Shown: positions 57,973 through 64,000 of the stretch, one piece after another
Layout of the letters: the number at the start of each line of letters is the position of its first letter
Position numbering within the stretch: the stretch's first letter is position 1
From: Guillardia theta CCMP2712
Taxonomy: Eukaryota; Protista; Cryptophyta
Direction of reading: 5' to 3'
Assembly (NCBI RefSeq): GCF_000315625.1
Contig: NW_005434591.1
Coordinates: forward strand, 245,895 to 309,894
DNA: 64,000 nucleotides
Translations under genes and position numbers: made by a program
Notes under the pieces: model-generated
What the model was told of the DNA's origin: nothing
The model's database searches: none
What the model saw: the letters and a program-made list of their open reading frames with translations, nothing else

Positions 57973-59652
57973 ATGGCTGGGCATGTTGAGATCCAGCAAC
58001 CTCATGATCCTGCACATCAGCCACCTTCCAAGTTTGAACCCGCGGCAACGCATAGCGCGGCCGCGAGCATGCGGGACGATGAAGTGTATGTGGTAGTGAA
58101 CGTCCCCGACAGCTCTTGCCCGGCCTGCATCCAGCCCTCAAATCATGACAGAGGTGGCGGGATGAAGGAAGCTGATGATGCTTCTTCGAAGCACAAGCTC
58201 ATGCCTGACGATTTGTCGAAGCGAGATAGAAGCCAGGACACCCTCGAATCTTGCGACCCAGATGGAGCAGACTCAGAGGAGCAGGAGGGGGAGGCCAAGA
58301 GCTGCTGGGAGACGGTGAAGCCCTTCATCGGGGCTGGTTCTATGGTAGCTGTCGGCTACATGGATCCAGGCAACTGGGCGACAGACTTGCAGGCGGGCTC
58401 GTCGTACAACTACAGTATTCTTTTCGTGGTGCTGCTGTCTTCTCTTCTGGCGATGTTCCTGCAGTCCATGGCTTTGCGATTGGGCTTGGTGAGCGGCATG
58501 GATCTTGCTTCGGTGAGCCTCTCGATCTCACTGCACCCTCGTGCTCGGCTGATCGACATGTGCAGGCATGTAGAAAGAAGTTCTCCAGGTATGTTCACAT
58601 CCTCCTTGGGGTATCGGCTCAGGTCGCCATCTGCGCGACGGACCTTGCGGAGGTCATTGGCTCTGCGATCGCCTTCAAACTTCTCTTCGGGCTGCCTCTC
58701 TTCGCCGGGGTGCTCATCACTGGTCTCGACGTGCTCGTCCTGCTCGCCTTTGGACAGAACCGAGTGATCATCATGGAGATCATTATCATCGTCATGATCC
58801 TGACCATGGCAGTTTGCTTCTCCATCGAGCTCTACTATAGCAAACCGGACGGCGTTGAGCTTCTAAAAGGGATGTTCGTACCTACTGCGGACCTTGTGAC
58901 AGACTCGGGGATGCTGTACGCCAGCATCGGCATCTTGGGGTCCATTGTGATGCCCCACAACTTCTATCTTCACAGCTTCCTCGTGTGCCCCAGGGAGGGG
59001 CCGATACAGACCGGCCGCTCTTTGAAGAGATCGCTCCGTTTCGCTACTCTGGATTGCAACCTGTCTCTCATCGTTGCTTTCCTGATCAACGTGTGCATCT
59101 TGGTTCTCGCTGCGTCTGCCTTCCACCGGGCCGGCTACCGAGATGTCGCCGACCTCGAGCAGGCATCCTCGTTGATCGGCAACGTGGTCGGGGAGCGAGC
59201 GGCGTCGACTCTCTTCGGTCTCGCGCTTCTCCTCAGCGGGCAGCAGAGCACAGTCACGGGAACGATCGCCGGGCAAGTGGTGATGGAAGGGTTCTTCGAC
59301 CTCAAGGTTCACTCTGCCTACATCCGCATCGGGACGAGGCTGACGGCCATCCTGCCGGCTGTCATTACTATCCTCGTTGCTGGCAACGCCATGATAAACC
59401 CGCTGCTTGTCATCAGCCAGGTGAGGCTCTGCTAGCTGCTCGACTTTGACTGCTCCCTGACTCCTCCTGCAGGTCATTCTGTCGATGCAGCTGCCCTTCG
59501 CTCTCATCCCTCTCGTCATCCTGACAGGGGACAGAAACATCATGGGGAGTTTTGTCAACTCACGGCTGGTGCACATCGCAGCCTGGATCATCTCTCTCTT
59601 CATTGTGGGCCTTAACTTCAAGCTTGTTGTTGACTCGATCATGAACAAGTGA
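57973..59652 (+). CDS. NRAMP/MntH-family divalent metal (Mn/Fe) transporter
   Basis: [52 protein letters not shown] and [16 protein letters not shown]. Two short introns; stop TGA at 59650-59652. Confidence 0.95.
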
Positions 59653-59867
59653 CCTCTTCCTCTATCCCGCCTTCTCCTTGCCCTCCTCTATCGCATGAAG
59701 ATGTTGGAGTGTGAATGAGTTCAAACCGACTTGCACCTGTTGTGGAATGCCCAAGTCGATCTTGGTTTGCAGGCGTCGTGACAGTGCATGGAGAGTGAAG
59801 TCAGCGTTTTGGGGCAGCGAGTGGGCAAGAAACTAGTTTCTGATGTTGCTAGCAACGCGAAGAAAAT

Positions 59868-59913
59868 TGAGACTAGTTCTTGCCGCGCTCTGAGACTAGT
59901 TCTTGCCGCGCTC
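59868..59913. repeat. 23-bp tandem duplication (TGAGACTAGTTCTTGCCGCGCTC x2)
   Basis: Read directly. It overlaps the predicted stop of the small minus-strand gene. Confidence 0.9.
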
Positions 59914-60171
59914 TGCATTCAGATGAAGCCTCGTAGGTTTCCATTCGCGATTCCTTGCAGTAATCTCCGCATGGTTGATCTCTTCCTCCCTCTTTGCTCT
60001 GCATCCAGCGTAGTCAGAAGATTTTCACGCAGTAAACTCCGAAGCATACATTCCGAAGAGATCTTGGAGCAGTTCGGTCTTGTTTTTGTTGAGTTTTGTT
60101 GTAGTAGTCAGTCGAATGGGAGTCAGGTCGCAGGGCTTGAATGATGGCAATGTTGACTGAATTGTGCACAT
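59896..60171 (-). CDS. Putative 74-aa small protein (2 coding exons)
   Basis: Removing the 51-nt intron 59999-60049 (GTATGC..CTGAC..GCAG) gives MCTIQSTLPSFKPCDLTPIRLTTTTKLNKNKTELLQDLFGIAKREEEINHAEITARNREWKPTRLHLNAERGKN*. It lies downstream of an otherwise orphan TACCCC cluster. Confidence 0.5.
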
Positions 60172-61369
60172 CTGACAATGAAAATTCTTGAGTCAACAAT
60201 CCTCAACCCCTTGTTTCAAGCTCTACACCTCTACTCCCGTGTCTCTGTCCTCATATACGTGTCCCTTCTCCTCCCCTCCACCCCTCCTCCCCTCCTCCCC
60301 TCCCTACTTCCCACTATCGGGTAATTCTGCTTCTCATGCTTGTTTGCAAACGCTCTGCTTCTGCTCTTCGTTGCTACAATGAACACTACCCCCTTTCTTC
60401 TCTTCTGTTACTTTCTTTCAATCACATTCTTCTTCCCTCTCTTCTACTCTCATCTGCCATCTCGTCTCCCCCACTATCGCCGCTCCACTCTCCCTTCCTC
60501 TCCCCTCGTTACCACACCCCTCCTCCTCTCCCCATTCTTCTCCCTGAGCTCCTACACACCTCCTCTCCTCCTCTCCTCCTCTCCTCCTCTTACCGAGCTC
60601 TCCAGCATCGCCGCTGCAATAAGCAACTTGATCTGCATCTTCACCGCAAACTTGGCTGTCGACAAGAGCCCCATCACTTGTTGCACCCTACCCCCTCAAT
60701 CATTTACCATCCAATGGACCCCTCTTTCCCTGATTGTCCTGGTACCCACCTCATCTGTTGAGCCTCTTTTCTGTCATGGATACCCCTACAAAACAACTTT
60801 GATAGTACCCTACCCCTCTTCTAGACTACCCCCTGGTTCCTGACCCCACAAATATTTGGAAGCCACCCACCGTTCGTCATGGTTCGCCCGACAATACGAC
60901 CGTTCGGTAACCCCCACCCCCTCAATCATCATTCAAGAGTGGGTAAGGGTGTAAACAATCGGGGGTGAGGGTCATTACCCCACTGAGAAATATTGGGGTT
61001 ATGATCGCTATATGGATGGGTCAAAGAACTTCAAATGGGGGTAGTATGCAATGGGGTAGTCAATCGGGGCTGGTTTGAGAGACATCATGCAAGGCGAGCA
61101 AGGACGAGGGGAATGGAGGAGACAGGAGGACTGAGATGGGCAGAGGGAGCGGGAGCGGGAGCGGGAGAGGGAGCGGGAGCGGGAGAGGGAGAGGGATAAG
61201 GTTGTGAGATGAGAATGTTGAACAGGGCTCGTGAACTCCACATGCATGTTTCAACGAAAGATAGGAGATTCGAATGTCAATGACGCAGTTTCATTCGGCC
61301 AGCCGCTCAACATGTCGAAAAACACCTAAGAGTTCCAAAAGAGAGATTCCATGCTGTCACCAATACCAT

Positions 61370-62514
61370 CATTCTTCCTGGGAGGTCTCTTGTTGCTGCT
61401 GACGACCTGAGAAGGAGTTGTAATTGGAGTGGAACCTTAAAAACTGAAGCCTCGAACCTGCCGTTTGCGAGCTCCACTGGAACTTCTTTCTATACTTCTT
61501 CCTCGTGATATCCCGTACCTTTGGTGAGTGTCAGGTCATGCTCAGGGAAGAGGTGGAAGATGAAAACCAGGAATGGCCGTTTGCCTTCATCAATTCGCTG
61601 CTTCTGCTCTTGGTTGAACCTGGGATGGGTCGTGAGGGAGGGGAGTGAGAGGAGCAAGGCATCACTTCTTCTTGAGCTCGTATCGTTTCAGCTGACCTGA
61701 CACCTCTCCTAGTCTCTGCGGAGAAGATCAGGACAGAGCAGATGACGGATGCAGCTAATGGAAGGAGCAAGGGTTGACTTCGATAGGTGACCATTCCAAC
61801 GATGAGGGTGGTTGTGGTGATGATTGTGATTGAGGAGGTGAAAGTGGTGGTGATGATGGTGCTGGTAGTGATGATGGCTATGGCAGTGATGATGGCGATG
61901 AGGAGGAATCTCAGGTTAACAAGCTCTGCACCTGAGTTAGTTCTCTTTGTCTGAATTGAAGTTCCTCGAGCTCTTCAGGCAGCATACGCTTCGAGATCTT
62001 CTTTGCTTTCTGTCACAATACAGTCACACGAGCATGTCTGGCAGAGAGTCTTTGTTAGCATACTCACATCTTCTTCAAGCTTCTTCTTGAGCTCCTCAAG
62101 CTCAGCCTCGATCTCGTTCTTCTGGTCTTGTGCCCTATCGAACTTCAGCCTCCCTCCCTCCTCGTCTTGCCTTCCCGTCCTCTCTCACCTGTAGATCTTC
62201 TCCTTGAGATGCAGCGGTCGCTGGTCTGCGAGCATGTCGAGATCGACCTCACGGGGCGGCGGCTTGATGCCGTACATGTCGTTGTATCTGCTGATTAACT
62301 TCTGCCTTGCCAGCTCGTTCGGGTCCTTCTTTCCTTTCTTCTTCCGAGCTCCCGCCCTGCTGGCACGCACGTTGCCCCCTCTGTTCCCTCCTCGCAGGGT
62401 TCTCATCGCCATTGGGGGGCTGATGGGATTGAACCCGCCAGAGAACGCGGGAAATGTCTCAGTGGTGAGGGCGAGAGCGAGGAGGAGCCGGAGGAAAGGA
62501 CGCGCAAGTTTCAT
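61370..62514 (-). CDS. Uncharacterised signal-peptide protein with an LRGG motif and a basic coiled-coil body (multi-exon; 3' end uncertain)
   Basis: MKLARPFLRLLLALALTTETFPA..MRTLRGG. Downstream exons AQDQKNEIEAELEELKKKLEED and KAKKISKRMLPEELEELQFRQRELTQ are bounded by canonical short introns. Confidence 0.6.
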
Positions 62515-63265
62515 GTCTCTTCCCCACAGCTCGAGCAAGTATCTTGGTTCATTCAAACATCCCGCAGGAAATCTCGAGGATGTTTCAATCTCCTTCCTTT
62601 CCCATCAGCCGCCTCCTCGACCAGCTGCTGGCCTTGATGACGCTCCTGCTCTGGCTCTATCCCGCACTTGCTCCATCACACACACCCCTCGTCACTCTAT
62701 CTCCCCCTCTTCTCATCCTCTCCACCACATCCTCCTGCAGATCCTCTCTTGCTCTCTTGTCCTCTCCTCCTCTCCTCCTCCTCCTCTCCTCCTTCATCTC
62801 CCAGTCACCAGTCCTCCTGGGATACCTTCCTTCATAGCGACCGCCTCCATTCCGCACCACCCTACCTAGGTTTCCCCATCATTGTTCACCCCATTATTAA
62901 CCTACTAGTACCCCTTATTTCAGGGGTGGTGTTGCCAAGGATCGATACCAGTACCCCCTCTTTTTGTATGTAACCCCGTCACTCCGCCACCTCAGCCAAA
63001 CATGCGCTACACATTGCGAGCCATAGTCAATGATTTCCACAGCCTCCTCCTCCTCCTCCTCTTCCTCCTCCTCGCTCTCCTTCCCCTCTCTCCTTCATCG
63101 ACTTCTCTCTACTGCTTCCCCTGCCTCCCGCTTTCCCTCGCTTTCTCCCGCTAGCATCCCGACATCGTAGCCTGATGTGATTCTTCTCTTTTCCCTTGCC
63201 TGTTGATTCATGACTGCTGCGGTGTGTATTTCGTTCTCACAAGTCCATCAGGGACTTGAATATCG

Positions 63266-63420
63266 TGATATCAGCTCAACTCCTATATCTCCTGTATGAT
63301 ATCAGCTCAACTCCTATATCTCCTGTATGATATCAGCTCAACTCCTATATCTCCTGTATGATATCAGCTCAACTCCTATATCTCCTGTATGATATCAGCT
63401 CAACTCCTATATCTCCTGTA
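63266..63420. repeat. Perfect 31-bp minisatellite x5 (TGATATCAGCTCAACTCCTATATCTCCTGTA)
   Basis: Five identical head-to-tail copies with no spacers. Confidence 0.95.
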
Positions 63421-63742
63421 TTCTTGTGCAATCATGCCAGTCTTGTCGTAGATAGCTTCGTAGATGCGGCCAGCCTACATCCGTTGTGCTGCACGTCTCA
63501 CTTGCAAACATCAGTATCATCATGAGCGATCATGGTTTCTTCCATTTCATCCGAGCAATCCATTCATCCCCTCTAAGTCTTGATGGTCTTGCAGGTTCTT
63601 GAAAGCCCATGGCCATCGGCATTGTCGAACGATGAAGTACGCTCCATTGCTTGCCTGTGACGATCGCTCGACCAGTGAAGCCCAGAGATCTTTCTGATCT
63701 TACCAACTTCGGGTGTCGAAACAAGAGCAACAGGCAGGCACA

Positions 63743-64000
63743 ATGACTATCAACACTCTTTTAACACATGCGAACTCTGCTGGGTTCTTCAACTCCAAGG
63801 GCAAGATGCTAAAGGCAGTCCTGTTCACCAAGAAATCTGAAACCCCCAACTTGTGGCTGCGAGTAGCAGATGCGTTGTCGTCCAAGTATGACTTCGGGGA
63901 GGTGAGAATGGATGAGGATGCGATTCTGTGCAAGTTTGGACTCTCTGCCGAAGTCCTCCCGAAGATCATCGCAGTGAGGGTGGTGGAGGAGGGGAAGGCG
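63743..64000 (+). CDS. Non-catalytic thioredoxin-like (PDI b-type) domain protein, partial
   Basis: Frame open to the window end: MTINTLLTHANSAGFF..KAVLFTKKSETPNLWLRVADALSSKYDFGEVRMDEDAILCKFGLSAEVLPKIIAV. Confidence 0.6.
   Translation, partial: MTINTLLTHANSAGFFNSKGKMLKAVLFTKKSETPNLWLRVADALSSKYDFGEVRMDEDAILCKFGLSAEVLPKIIAVRVVEEGKA

Noticed and set aside
63266-63420. 31-bp repeats as a CRISPR array
   Set aside because: The units are contiguous with no spacers, there are no cas genes, and the context is eukaryotic.
1-64000. tRNA, rRNA, retroelement or viral genes
   Set aside because: No cloverleaf, rRNA-like, reverse transcriptase, integrase or capsid signatures were recognised by eye. A tRNAscan/Infernal run would be needed to exclude small RNAs.

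Overview
This is a gene-dense eukaryotic nuclear scaffold with two N-gaps and no prokaryotic signatures. Most introns are about 43-58 nt GT-AG with CTGAC-type branch points, and (GGA)n/(CCT)n tracts are abundant. The style suggests a cryptophyte-like alga (inference). About 20 genes can be read after manual splicing. Recognisable ones are VPS26 (partial), COG7, MED7, SF3A1, CDC14, ALG11 and an NRAMP transporter. The window also encodes a 1.4-kaa Cys-rich surface protein, a giant acidic EF-hand/coiled-coil protein, a C2H2 protein, a LamG protein and several unknowns. The most notable points are: (1) a 7-exon gene, fragmented in the ORF track, fusing a PDZ domain to a CENP-B/pogo-type double HTH DNA-binding module with no DDE domain; (2) a lipase-helical-pseudolipase protein whose hidden terminal exon adds a CCCCVS lipid-anchor motif; (3) a GH99/71-like + DUF4214-like + GH20 + F5/8C-like enzyme head-to-head with ALG11; (4) a PDZ-PPP phosphatase; and (5) a recurring non-coding grammar made of TACCCC/GGGGTA clusters upstream of most genes, GC-rich palindromic islands every few to about 10 kb, and a TTTAACTTAACTTTGAGTAAA inverted-repeat family seen only in divergent intergenic regions. 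All gene models and family calls come from reading the sequence and recognising motifs by eye. No searches were run.
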